Notes: a model not told the origin generated them from the sequence alone. 64,000 nt of DNA from Candidatus Pacearchaeota archaeon (GCA_016186425.1 JACPLR010000011.1:13206-77205); one strand, 5' to 3'; counted from the stretch's first letter, positions 29,246 to 38,521 are shown. A program made the numbers and translations.

Positions 29246-29290
29246 ATAAAAAGAACCTACGGTTCTTCTTATGACCTCTCCCTTTTTTGA
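29246..29290 (-). repeat. module B hairpin, variant 3, abutting the putative rbcL start
   Basis: + strand ATAAAAAGAACCtacGGTTCTTCTTATgac is a near-copy of 63723-63751. Confidence 0.75.
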
Positions 29291-29343
29291 GATGGTTAAG
29301 AATTGCGTAAGATCACCTCTTTGAATATTACGTTTATTATATA

Positions 29344-29613
29344 TTAATAATTATGCTCTTTAAAATCTTTTGCTAAACATTTAAACTGATGAGATAGATT
29401 GTTATGATCAGAACGAAGCTTTGCTAATTGAACTGAAGTTGTAAATACAATACCAATTAAAGTTAATAAAAGCGTTACTATAATATCTTCTGTTGCCCAT
29501 GAACCTCCCATAATTTTTCTAATTATCTGATATAATATAAATAATCCAAATACAATTAATATTGTCATCAAAATTATTTGTGATATATCTATAAAATCAT
29601 ATTTAGTTTTCAT
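29344..29613 (-). CDS. 2-TM plus coiled-coil membrane protein
   Basis: Start reassigned to ATG 29613 (MKTKYDF); TM-GGSW.TE-TM-coiled coil. Confidence 0.7.
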   Translation of the reverse strand: MKTKYDFIDISQIILMTILIVFGLFILYQIIRKIMGGSWATEDIIVTLLLTLIGIVFTTSVQLAKLRSDHNNLSHQFKCLAKDFKEHNY

Positions 29614-29705
29614 TTTACTATTAGCCATATTACAAGAGCAGTTGCTATCATAAGCATAACTATCCATAGAATCCATTGCAGTATGTCATTTATTTTTGTG
29701 GGCAT
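29610..29705 (-). CDS. 31-aa single-TM micro-peptide (not in the ORF track)
   Basis: MPTKINDILQWILWIVMLMIATALVIWLIVK*; ATGA overlap with the next gene. Confidence 0.65.
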   Translation of the reverse strand: MPTKINDILQWILWIVMLMIATALVIWLIVK

Positions 29706-29830
29706 TTTTTCTCTTTTTATTTATAATACTTAATAACTTTAAGTTTATAATGTTTACTAAAACTAAATAATTATCTAAAAATATATCTTTATTATATAAA
29801 TAATTTTAAAGCCTTATTTTATGTATTTTT

Positions 29831-31354
29831 ATGGTAAATAATTTTGACCCAAATTTATCTGCACTTGCATCTTTTTTTAGGGCCTGCCCATTAATTTTAT
29901 CTTTAGAAGACAGAGAGTGGCATGAAAGGTATCTGCCTTTAGAAGGCCGTGTTTTTGTTGCCGATTTCTCTATAGACAATCCAACAGATGAACAGATAGT
30001 AAAAAAAGGATTGTGGTATTTAGCATCCCAAAGAAATTTTTGTGATATTGGAATTAACGATGCGATTGTTGATGAAGATCAAAAATCTAAAGGCCAAGTA
30101 TCTTCAAGAGATAGACCTTATCCATTTTCACGATATTCTAAGAAAAATGGTTTTATGTGGCCAATTAAGATAACTCCTACTAATCCTATATTCTTAAAAT
30201 CATATAAACCTATTTCAATTAAAGGAAATCGTATACTTAGAAAAGATCATAGAGTAAGACAAGAATATGATCTTTCAGCTGTAGATTTGTTTTCAAGGTG
30301 GATGAATGGAGAAGTTCCAGAGGATTTTAGAGATCTTTTTGAAGATGACAATCAAAATCTTGCAAGGATATATGCGATCATTGGCGCAAAAACTTATAAA
30401 ATCTCTGAAAATGAAAGAGTTTCACCCGAAATAAAAAAGATTGTTGAATCTGTAAAAGACAAAAATAGAAAAAATTTAGAAAAAGGAATTCCTATAGCAA
30501 TTCTTGAAGAAGCTATAAAAATAGTAGCATGTTCCTCAGGTTTTAAACGTTTTAAAGCTAACTTTAAACCTGAAGAAATACCTTTTAGAGAGAGTTTTGA
30601 GGTTTTCGAAGAAAGAGAAAGAATTCGTAACAGAACCTATAGAATACTTGCAGAAACAGCTTATGATATGCGCTCTCATTATCCAAGATATGGTTGGGAA
30701 GTTAAAGACGGACTCGTTCATAGACAGGCGTATCGCAAATTAGAAAGATTGGCTTGTGAAAAAGGAGCTAATCCTTTAATTGTGGCAGATATACTCCAGG
30801 CACATATTCGTCGTTCAAAATTACATTTTCCTTATTATGTGGTTACTGAAGAACCTGAAGAGGAGAAAATAACTGAAGATGAAAGATTAAGGAGAATACT
30901 CTATGGTAGATCATATTATAAAGAGGAAAGATATGATGAGTTACGTTATAGGTCTGTGTATGGTGGGTTTAAAGAAGCTTTTGCAATGATTGGTGCATTT
31001 AATATATTAAAGCCAAAGATGGTAGTGCCTGAAAAGACCAATGAAGAAATAGGAAGACTTAGAGTAAGGCAATTTTTAGAAGGAAGTAAACCTTATTCTG
31101 CAGAATTTAATAGTATGGTTAAGATTATGGAAAATTATATGAGCAAGCGAAGATTCAGAAGTGTGGTAAAAAAATGGATAGAAAAGCATTTAGATCATAA
31201 TTTAGACTGGGATGTAATTGATAAAGCTATTCCTCCAAATAAGAAGAGACTTAGGGGAGTAAATAGAGGAGTAAATTCATGGCATCCCTATTTTCCCAAT
31301 TTTTGTATGAATGAACAACTGAATAGGTGTTTGGACGGCGTGTATCTGGAGTAA
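29831..31354 (+). CDS. large hypothetical protein
   Basis: 507-aa R/E/K-rich ORF; no family recognised. Confidence 0.75.
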   Translation: MVNNFDPNLSALASFFRACPLILSLEDREWHERYLPLEGRVFVADFSIDNPTDEQIVKKGLWYLASQRNFCDIGINDAIVDEDQKSKGQVSSRDRPYPFSRYSKKNGFMWPIKITPTNPIFLKSYKPISIKGNRILRKDHRVRQEYDLSAVDLFSRWMNGEVPEDFRDLFEDDNQNLARIYAIIGAKTYKISENERVSPEIKKIVESVKDKNRKNLEKGIPIAILEEAIKIVACSSGFKRFKANFKPEEIPFRESFEVFEERERIRNRTYRILAETAYDMRSHYPRYGWEVKDGLVHRQAYRKLERLACEKGANPLIVADILQAHIRRSKLHFPYYVVTEEPEEEKITEDERLRRILYGRSYYKEERYDELRYRSVYGGFKEAFAMIGAFNILKPKMVVPEKTNEEIGRLRVRQFLEGSKPYSAEFNSMVKIMENYMSKRRFRSVVKKWIEKHLDHNLDWDVIDKAIPPNKKRLRGVNRGVNSWHPYFPNFCMNEQLNRCLDGVYLE

Positions 31355-31420
31355 GGGGAAATGATAAATTTAGTAGGAAATTACAATAATATTATATTGC
31401 AGATTTTGGGAAAAGATTAA

Positions 31421-32767
31421 TTATTGATGTTTTATCACAGGACCTTGATCAGTATCACTAATAAAATATCCTTGTTTATTAATCTTATCTCTTAATTCAT
31501 CAGCCAGCTTCCAGTTTTTAGATTTTCTGGCTTGCTCTCTATCCTTAACTAGTTTTTTTATCTCATCGGGAATGTTAATCTTTGGTTTGTCTAGCAAATC
31601 TAAACTGAAAATACTATCCATTATTTTTATTGTTTGGTATTTTCCCTTTGCTTTAGGATCTCTTAATAAATTCCAAAGCACTTGAAGCGCTTTTGGCATG
31701 TCTAAATCATCTTCAATAACTTTTTCAAATTCAGCCAGATAACTTTTATTTACATTTTTATCATCTTTAAGTTCTTGACAGATATTTTTCAGCCTTTCAT
31801 ACGAATTTTTTGCAGCATTTAGATTTTCTAATGAGAATATTAAAGGCGATCTATAGTGAGTTGTCAAACACATATATCGATAATCTAATGGAGAAAAACC
31901 CTGAGAGATAATATTTTCCAGATAAATTACATTCCCTAATGACTTAGACATTTTTCCTTCTTTTACAGTAAGAAAACCAGCATGAAGCCAGTAATTAACA
32001 AATTTCTTTCCAGTTGCTGCCTCACTTTGAGCTATTTCATTTGTGTGATGGGGAAAAATTAAATCAACAGCTCCTGTATGAATATCCAATCTATTTCCAA
32101 GAGACTTCATTGACATTGCAGAACATTCTATATGCCAGCCAGGCCTTCCCTTTCCTATTTCAGTATTCCAGAAGTTGTCCCCATCTTCTTTTGTATAAAA
32201 TTTCCAGAGTGCGAAATCGCGCATATTTTCCTTATCATACTCGTCATTCTTCACTCTTTCTTTATTCTTATCCTGCTTTCTTTTTTCTAATTGAGCAAGT
32301 TTTCCATAATCCTTGGATTTATTTATTGAAAAATAAATTCCATCAGAGGTTTTGTAAGCATACCCCTTATCCATAAGACTTTTTATAATTTTAACCATTT
32401 CATTTATTGATTCAGTTGCTCTTAATACATAATCGGGTTTCTTTATATTAAGAGAATCTATGTCCTGGAAAAATATTTTTTCATACTCTCTTGTAAATTC
32501 TTTTAAAGTTTTGTCATTTTTCTGGCTGGCCATTATTGTTTTATCATCCACATCTGTAATATTCATTACATGAATTACTTTATATCCAAGAAACTGAAGA
32601 GATTTTTTTAATAAGTCATTGAAAATATATGTTCTTAAATTTCCGATATGCGCATAATTATATACAGTTGGCCCGCAAGAATACATGCTTACACTTCCCT
32701 TTTTAATTGGAATAAATGCTTCTTTTTTCCTTGTTAGTGTATTATAAAGTTTTAGTTTTGAGGGCAT
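31421..32767 (-). CDS. cysS: cysteinyl-tRNA synthetase
   Basis: CGPTVY..AHIGN, GRPGWHIECSAM, KMSKS. Confidence 0.97.
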   Translation of the reverse strand: MPSKLKLYNTLTRKKEAFIPIKKGSVSMYSCGPTVYNYAHIGNLRTYIFNDLLKKSLQFLGYKVIHVMNITDVDDKTIMASQKNDKTLKEFTREYEKIFFQDIDSLNIKKPDYVLRATESINEMVKIIKSLMDKGYAYKTSDGIYFSINKSKDYGKLAQLEKRKQDKNKERVKNDEYDKENMRDFALWKFYTKEDGDNFWNTEIGKGRPGWHIECSAMSMKSLGNRLDIHTGAVDLIFPHHTNEIAQSEAATGKKFVNYWLHAGFLTVKEGKMSKSLGNVIYLENIISQGFSPLDYRYMCLTTHYRSPLIFSLENLNAAKNSYERLKNICQELKDDKNVNKSYLAEFEKVIEDDLDMPKALQVLWNLLRDPKAKGKYQTIKIMDSIFSLDLLDKPKINIPDEIKKLVKDREQARKSKNWKLADELRDKINKQGYFISDTDQGPVIKHQ

Positions 32768-32809
32768 GAAACTTAGAAGAATAAGTATTTTATTAAGTTA
32801 TCGAATCAG

Positions 32810-33094
32810 TTATTTTCTTACATATCCAGTTCCTTTTGCTATGCAATTCCATCTATTATAGTCTGGATGATCTTCTCCTTCAAAAGTGTATTCAACACCA
32901 AAAACATACATACATTTTTGTCCTTCAGCTTCTGATTTTAATGCTTCATTTACTCTCCGCATTGCATTAATTTTTCCTTCTCCACGATTTATTCCTGCTA
33001 TAATTATACCTGCCATTTCTAACATCGGGAATGTTTCAAGTCCGCCTGCATCTCTAAAACTTTGAGTTGTTAATTTTACTTCTAAGTTAGTCAT
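32810..33094 (-). CDS. hypothetical protein, possibly YbjQ/UPF0145-like fold
   Basis: L..EA......VFGV.Y...A.GTG pattern. Confidence 0.45.
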   Translation of the reverse strand: MTNLEVKLTTQSFRDAGGLETFPMLEMAGIIIAGINRGEGKINAMRRVNEALKSEAEGQKCMYVFGVEYTFEGEDHPDYNRWNCIAKGTGYVRK

Positions 33095-33151
33095 TTTAAT
33101 TTCATATAATAAAGGTATATAAAGATTTTGTTAAAAAATAATATATATTAA

Positions 33152-34060
33152 TTATTCTGTCACAACTTCAACTTTGCCTTGATGAATTATAAGAGTGTGT
33201 TCAGATTGAGCAACAACTGACTTTGATTTTTCAATCAGCTGCGAGAACTGATGCAGAATACCTGCTTTTTCTAAATGGGAAAGAGAGATTAATGCTCGTG
33301 TGCCAAATTTTTTGACTAACCAACGAGAACAAAAAGGCAGCGTATTGTATGTTTCTGTAATATAATTCAATAATTCTCTTGCATTACTATCTCTTACGTT
33401 TCCAGGCCTAACTAACTCATAAATTCCAGATGGTTTTCCGTCATAAACCATTCCAGTGGCAGTATTTGGAATAATAAAAGGTTCAATTGCATAAATTCCA
33501 TCATCTAATTTAGTTGTTTTACCATTATTATAGTTAGGTATTGTTATGCCTGCGTGCAAATTATTATTTTCTATGCTATGTCCTGAAAGATTTTTTATTG
33601 TTGTAAAATTAGCTTTTTCAGCTGTTTCATTTATTGAGCTTCCAATTTCTCCAAGACTTTTATTTTGTTTTGCAGCTTCAATTCCATTTTTGAGAGCTTC
33701 TTCACTTGTTTTAATCAGTTTTTTATTAGTTTCATTATTTTCTAAGTCAAATGATAAAGCATTGTCTGCTGTGAAGCCATTAATTGCAACTCCAAAATCT
33801 ACTTTTATTAGCCCGGAAGCAAGAGTTTCATCATTATAGCTCGGAGTGTAGTGAGCAGCATATTCATTTATTCCTAGATTAACTGGAAAAGCTGGCTTTC
33901 CTCCTTGTTTTATTATTTCAGCTTCTATTTTTTCAGCAATTTCTAATAAAGGAACATCTTTTTTCACTATTTTCCTAGCGTATTCTCTGAGATTAGCAAC
34001 TATTTTTCCTGCTTTTCTGATTGATTCAAGTTCTTTTTGTATAATCTCTTGGCCCTCCAT
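33152..34060 (-). CDS. map: methionine aminopeptidase type II
   Basis: AFP.N...NE.AAHYTP, KVDFG..NG..AD.A, NLSGH, AIEPF, AQ.EHT. Confidence 0.96.
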   Translation of the reverse strand: MEGQEIIQKELESIRKAGKIVANLREYARKIVKKDVPLLEIAEKIEAEIIKQGGKPAFPVNLGINEYAAHYTPSYNDETLASGLIKVDFGVAINGFTADNALSFDLENNETNKKLIKTSEEALKNGIEAAKQNKSLGEIGSSINETAEKANFTTIKNLSGHSIENNNLHAGITIPNYNNGKTTKLDDGIYAIEPFIIPNTATGMVYDGKPSGIYELVRPGNVRDSNARELLNYITETYNTLPFCSRWLVKKFGTRALISLSHLEKAGILHQFSQLIEKSKSVVAQSEHTLIIHQGKVEVVTE

Positions 34061-34673
34061 TTAATTTTGGTTTAAGTGTTATTATAAATTCTTTTTCTAC
34101 CCTATTTAAATCTGATTCTGGTACAGGTAAATAAAACACTCTATCATAAAGTTTATCTTGTCTATGTGACGCTAATCTTGATGGAAGTTCTATCGTCTGT
34201 CCAACATAAATTACCTCATCATTTTTAACAAGAAAATAAATACATGAAGGAAAAACAATCTCTTCAAATTCCATTAGATTATTAATCCCTCTTAATGTTT
34301 TTGGAATAGGAGAATGGTAATCCCTATCTTTGTTGCTATATAAGGTTATATGAAATGGCAAGTTTCTACCATCTGATCTTCGATATACATTTTTCTCAGC
34401 CAATCTCAGAAATTCTCCTTTTTTAAAGAGGGGTTCTCCATCAGTACTTATAATACAAGGAGCATAACCTGTAAATGCCCATTCTCTAATCTTTTTTGGG
34501 TCTAACCCTAAGTGTTTAGCAATATCTTCAACATTATATTTATATCCGTTAATTCCTTGAAAAGATGGAGTTGGTTTTGATAATTTTACTTCAAGTTTTC
34601 CTACTTTCTGTTTTATTTCAGCTAAACTTTCTCCTTCAAGTATTTTCATTAATTCTTCTTCATCAAGTGTCAT
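34026..34673 (-). CDS. HTH plus GIY-YIG nuclease-domain protein
   Basis: YNVEDIAKHLGL....IREWA (excisionase-like HTH); CIYFL......YVGQT..L..R..SH....E...I....P..N. Confidence 0.75.
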   Translation of the reverse strand: MTLDEEELMKILEGESLAEIKQKVGKLEVKLSKPTPSFQGINGYKYNVEDIAKHLGLDPKKIREWAFTGYAPCIISTDGEPLFKKGEFLRLAEKNVYRRSDGRNLPFHITLYSNKDRDYHSPIPKTLRGINNLMEFEEIVFPSCIYFLVKNDEVIYVGQTIELPSRLASHRQDKLYDRVFYLPVPESDLNRVEKEFIITLKPKLNGGPRDYTKRT

Positions 34674-34675
34674 TT

Positions 34676-35167
34676 TTACCTCAATCTTCTCTCTTTAGGA
34701 ACGTAGTTCTTTAAAAAACCTTGGTTTCTGGCAATGCCAAAAAAGTCATTGTTATGCTTTATTATAATAAATCTTGAGTTTAGATCTTTATTATTTTGTT
34801 TTATATCTAAATCTAGATTATCTCCCTTTAACCATGAGTTTAATTGTTCATCAGTTATCTCAATAAAATTTTTAGTTATTTGCGATTTTATTTCAGGCAT
34901 GTTTAATATGTCAAAACTCAATCTTATCCCATCTTTTTCTCCATCAAAAGTCTCTAAAGTTAATAGCTTAATTCCTATAGAATCAACATGAATTGTTTTT
35001 GCTAAATTGTTTAATTCATCTTTTGACAAGCTTCCTGAGAAAATTCTTATTTTGTCCTTTCCCGATTTGATAAATAAGTGCGGAAGCTGCGAAATTCCGT
35101 ATTCTTTATCTAATAAACTAAGTATTTTTTTCTTTTTTGTCTTGTCTAGTAAGTCTATATGTGTCAT
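34676..35167 (-). CDS. NIP7/PUA-like ribosome biogenesis protein
   Basis: K.KIRIFSG, W.KG, F.G, L.NYVPKERR; adjacent to an Nsun-type methylase. Confidence 0.75.
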   Translation of the reverse strand: MTHIDLLDKTKKKKILSLLDKEYGISQLPHLFIKSGKDKIRIFSGSLSKDELNNLAKTIHVDSIGIKLLTLETFDGEKDGIRLSFDILNMPEIKSQITKNFIEITDEQLNSWLKGDNLDLDIKQNNKDLNSRFIIIKHNNDFFGIARNQGFLKNYVPKERRLR

Positions 35168-35176
35168 TTTTTCTGT

Positions 35177-36178
35177 TTAATTTATTTCTCCAACTTTTTT
35201 AAGTTTGGCAATGAAAAAACCCTCTGTGTCATTATCCTGAGGGTAAATTCTTGCACATTTTTTAACATCTTTATGAAATTTAGTATTTTTCCATTCAGTT
35301 ATTCCCTGCCTTGTTTTGAAACTTTTGGGAAGTTTAATATCTTCTAACTTTATGGATTCATGGTATGTTTCTAAAACATGAGAGATAATTGCTTCGTTTT
35401 CTTCAGGCGAGTGAGTGCAGGTGCTGTAAACTAACTCTCCATTTATTTTTAATACTTGCAGTGATTTAGTAAGAAGGGATTTTTGTATTCCTCCAAGTGA
35501 TTTAATAATATTTTCAGAGAAATTTAAAGCTGTTCTTGGAGAACTTCTTATTGTTCCCTCTCCACTGCATGGGGCGTCAACAAGAATTTTATCAAAACTA
35601 AATTTAGGATTAAGGTTATTTAATTTCTTGCATAATTCTCTTCCATCCATTTGAGTTATAATTGTGTTTGTAACGCCACATCTCTGCAGATTAGTTGAGA
35701 GAGAAACAATTCTGCTTAGCTGTAAATCATTTGCAATTATTGTTCCTTTATTATTCATTCTTGCAGCTGCCTGTGTTGTCTTGCTGCCTGGCGCTGCTGC
35801 AATATCAAGAAAAATATCATTTTCATCTGGATTTAGAGCAAGAATAGGCATCATACTTGAGATTTCCTGTATGTAATAATAACCCAAGACATGTTCCTCT
35901 GCTTTTCCAAGTTCTCCTGGCAGTAAACTACTTTCAACAATCATTATTTCAGGATATTCTTCCTTGAATGGTTGCAAGATTTTCCATTTTTTTTCCAACC
36001 TAGTTTTCAATTCTTTAACACTCATCTTTAAAGTATTGCATCTAATAGAGTTAATAGTTGGCTTATTGCAGTATTCACAGAACAATTCATAATCTTTCTC
36101 ATTATTTAAAAGATCTTTCATCCTAGCAATAAACTCTGGATGTGCTTTTGACATTGGATTTTCAATTCTTTGAGGCAT
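35177..36178 (-). CDS. RsmB/NOL1/NOP2/Sun RNA cytosine-C5 methyltransferase
   Basis: YYIQE.SSM, D.AAAPGSKT, DAPCSGEG, YSTC...EENE, GFF. Confidence 0.95.
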   Translation of the reverse strand: MPQRIENPMSKAHPEFIARMKDLLNNEKDYELFCEYCNKPTINSIRCNTLKMSVKELKTRLEKKWKILQPFKEEYPEIMIVESSLLPGELGKAEEHVLGYYYIQEISSMMPILALNPDENDIFLDIAAAPGSKTTQAAARMNNKGTIIANDLQLSRIVSLSTNLQRCGVTNTIITQMDGRELCKKLNNLNPKFSFDKILVDAPCSGEGTIRSSPRTALNFSENIIKSLGGIQKSLLTKSLQVLKINGELVYSTCTHSPEENEAIISHVLETYHESIKLEDIKLPKSFKTRQGITEWKNTKFHKDVKKCARIYPQDNDTEGFFIAKLKKVGEIN

Positions 36179-36242
36179 GAAAAATAAAGAAAAAGAGCGT
36201 ATTTAATTGTTGGCATATTGTTATGAGAATAATCTAGATTAA

Positions 36243-36355
36243 GTAGTTCCAGCGAATAAATGAAGGAAAATTATAGTGAAGATTCAAAAATATTCTTGAA
36301 TTACTACAATAAAAAATTTCTCGTTTAAGAGAAATTTAACTTTATTTATTGTTTA
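36243..36355 (+). repeat. full core hairpin repeat with side hairpin C variant
   Basis: gtagttccagcgaataaa...TTCAAaaatattcTTGAA...AAATTTCTCgtttaaGAGAAATTT. Confidence 0.8.
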
Positions 36356-36412
36356 TTATCTCAATTTGAATTAATATTCTTTTAGGTGATTAGTTTCTAT
36401 TATTATATTTTA

Positions 36413-37291
36413 TTATAATATTTTCAAAGGCAGTTTTACTTTAGCATAGAATAAAGGAGAATCTTGCTCTTTGTTGTGTTCATATTCTTTACTATAAACT
36501 GCTTTTTCATAATCTTCTTCTGTTTTTGGGTTTATTCTTTTTTTAGAATCGCTCCTTATTTTTAAATCTCCAAAAAATCCCTGCCTTACTGCTTTATTTA
36601 CAAAATATAATCCAAGGCCCTCGTTTCTTACATACTCCTCTTTTTTTACCCCTTCTTTTCTATAACCTCTTTTCAATAAATCATTTAATTCATTAGCATC
36701 AATAGGAGAAGATATTTGATTTTCTATTTCAAATGTTAATCCTTGGTCTAGTGTAAGTTTTGCATGAATGTTTGAATATTTATTTGCGTATTGTATTGAA
36801 TTTCCTAACAGATTTGAGAATATTGTTGAAAATGCCCCCGGATTTGTTATTGTTTTTTTATCTTTGTCGTCATTTCTATACTCAAGGCTCAATCCTTTTC
36901 CCCTTCTTACAGCATCATGAGTCCATACTTTAAAGACTTCGTCAATTTTGTAAGCTGGATAAAATTCTTCTGATTCTTGGGCTACTTCTTCAGGGGTAAG
37001 GTTGCTTAGATCTAGAATTTTTGTCATATCTGCAACTCGCCTGCCAGCACTCATCATTTGTTTTAAACTGCCCTTAAATCTGAACATCCTTTCTTTTAAT
37101 TCTTCAGGGATTAAACTACCATAATCTTTCTCTAGTTCATCTAAGGTCTTTTTTATTTCATGAATATAAAGATCAAGAGTTGAAGCTGGGCTTCTTAAGT
37201 CATGTGCCAGAAGCTGCTTTATTTCTCCATGAAACTCTAATTCTCTTGCAAATTCTCTTTCTAATCTTGTTACTGGAGTGTTTCTGTCCAT
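36413..37291 (-). CDS. sensorless histidine kinase (HisKA plus HATPase_c)
   Basis: H-box AHDLRSP, N-box NLLGNSIQY, G2 GLGLYFV; no TM or sensor domain; D/G1 box degenerate. Confidence 0.82.
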   Translation of the reverse strand: MDRNTPVTRLEREFARELEFHGEIKQLLAHDLRSPASTLDLYIHEIKKTLDELEKDYGSLIPEELKERMFRFKGSLKQMMSAGRRVADMTKILDLSNLTPEEVAQESEEFYPAYKIDEVFKVWTHDAVRRGKGLSLEYRNDDKDKKTITNPGAFSTIFSNLLGNSIQYANKYSNIHAKLTLDQGLTFEIENQISSPIDANELNDLLKRGYRKEGVKKEEYVRNEGLGLYFVNKAVRQGFFGDLKIRSDSKKRINPKTEEDYEKAVYSKEYEHNKEQDSPLFYAKVKLPLKIL

Positions 37292-37415
37292 TTTGATTTT
37301 TAAAATTAATTTTTATTACAATTGAGCTTATAAATCTTATGATTTTCAAGTGTTACTGGGGAGTTAAGGATATTAATTTAGCAATGTTTATAACCTTTAA
37401 TTATTTTATTTTGTT

Positions 37416-37685
37416 GTGGTAAACATATGGAATCCCGATTATGCAGGAAATCCTGATAATGCTTTTTATGTTCATTCCTCTAGACTTGTTGGTATGGATT
37501 GGAAGGAATTCAGGAAAATGTATGGAGGATTAAATGAAGAAGTTAGAAAGGAGTTTGACAGTTATTTATTGCAGGTTGAACATATGAAAACTTGGGAATA
37601 TTTGAGGATGTTAGATCAGCATGAAAAAAGCCGAGGTAAAAGAATATTTATTAAATTTGGCTGTTTAGAGGGTTGTGTTGCTTAA
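37416..37685 (+). CDS. hypothetical protein
   Basis: 89-aa ORF with GTG start; TATA box upstream. Confidence 0.5.
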   Translation: MVNIWNPDYAGNPDNAFYVHSSRLVGMDWKEFRKMYGGLNEEVRKEFDSYLLQVEHMKTWEYLRMLDQHEKSRGKRIFIKFGCLEGCVA

Positions 37686-37697
37686 AACTCGAAACTT

Positions 37698-38147
37698 TTA
37701 CAATTCAACAAATTCTGTTTTTACCTGCTTTAACGATGTTATTGAAATTATTTTTGAGAAATTATATTTCTTAATTGCATGTTTTGTCCATTCATAATAT
37801 TCGTCAATATCTTTTGTTCTTAGTTTTATCAACAATTCATAATCTCCAGTACATATATCAATACTTTCAACTTTTGGATCTTTTGCTATATCTTTGCAAA
37901 TAGATTCTGGATTTCCATAATTTTCTTCTGTGAGATTTACAAGTATGTATGTGCAGTGGCCTTCATTTATTTTTTTATAGTCAAATACTGCTTTATATGA
38001 CTTGATTGCCCCCTCTTTTTCCAATCTTTTTATGTTGTAATGAATTGTTGTTGCCGGTTCTTTGATCTTTTTGGCTATTCTTGCTATTTGCGGAGTGCAG
38101 TATCCTTGCTTGAACAATCCAATTATTCTTGGTTCTATGTTTTTCAT
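37698..38147 (-). CDS. Lrp/AsnC family regulator
   Basis: HTH IA.K.....TT....IKRLE.EG.I; RAM domain TGDYELL. Confidence 0.9.
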   Translation of the reverse strand: MKNIEPRIIGLFKQGYCTPQIARIAKKIKEPATTIHYNIKRLEKEGAIKSYKAVFDYKKINEGHCTYILVNLTEENYGNPESICKDIAKDPKVESIDICTGDYELLIKLRTKDIDEYYEWTKHAIKKYNFSKIISITSLKQVKTEFVEL

Positions 38148-38167
38148 TTTTTGATATTTTATTAAAA

Positions 38168-38223
38168 TTGAATAATATTCAACTATTTATATATTTTTCG
38201 GTTAATATTTGAATAATCTACAA
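38168..38223. promoter_or_regulatory. two 15-bp TTG-N9-CAA putative Lrp operators in a divergent promoter
   Basis: TTGAATAATATTCAA (38168-82, palindromic) and TTGAATAATCTACAA (38209-23), 41 bp apart. Confidence 0.6.
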
Positions 38224-38257
38224 TTAAGTATATTAAGGTAAGGTTTCATTAAGTTAT

Positions 38258-38521
38258 ATGAAAAATCAAGAATTAATACAAATGAGAAATGAAATAGATT
38301 TAATAGATGGAACTTTAATGCCCCTGTTAAATAGAAGAGCAGACATAGCTAAAGCTATTGTTGAGATAAAAATTAAAGAAGGTATGCCTGTTTTTAATAG
38401 GGAAAGAGAAAATGAAATTCTTTCAAAAACTAATAAATTTGGTAACTTTAAGTTTGTAAAGTCTGTTTTTCTAAAAATACTCGAAGAATCAAAGCAAATT
38501 CAGGAGGAAAAATGGAAATAG
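38258..38521 (+). CDS. chorismate mutase (AroQ type II)
   Basis: R.EID.ID..L..LL.RR......K......V....RE..I; ES. Confidence 0.88.
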   Translation: MKNQELIQMRNEIDLIDGTLMPLLNRRADIAKAIVEIKIKEGMPVFNRERENEILSKTNKFGNFKFVKSVFLKILEESKQIQEEKWK

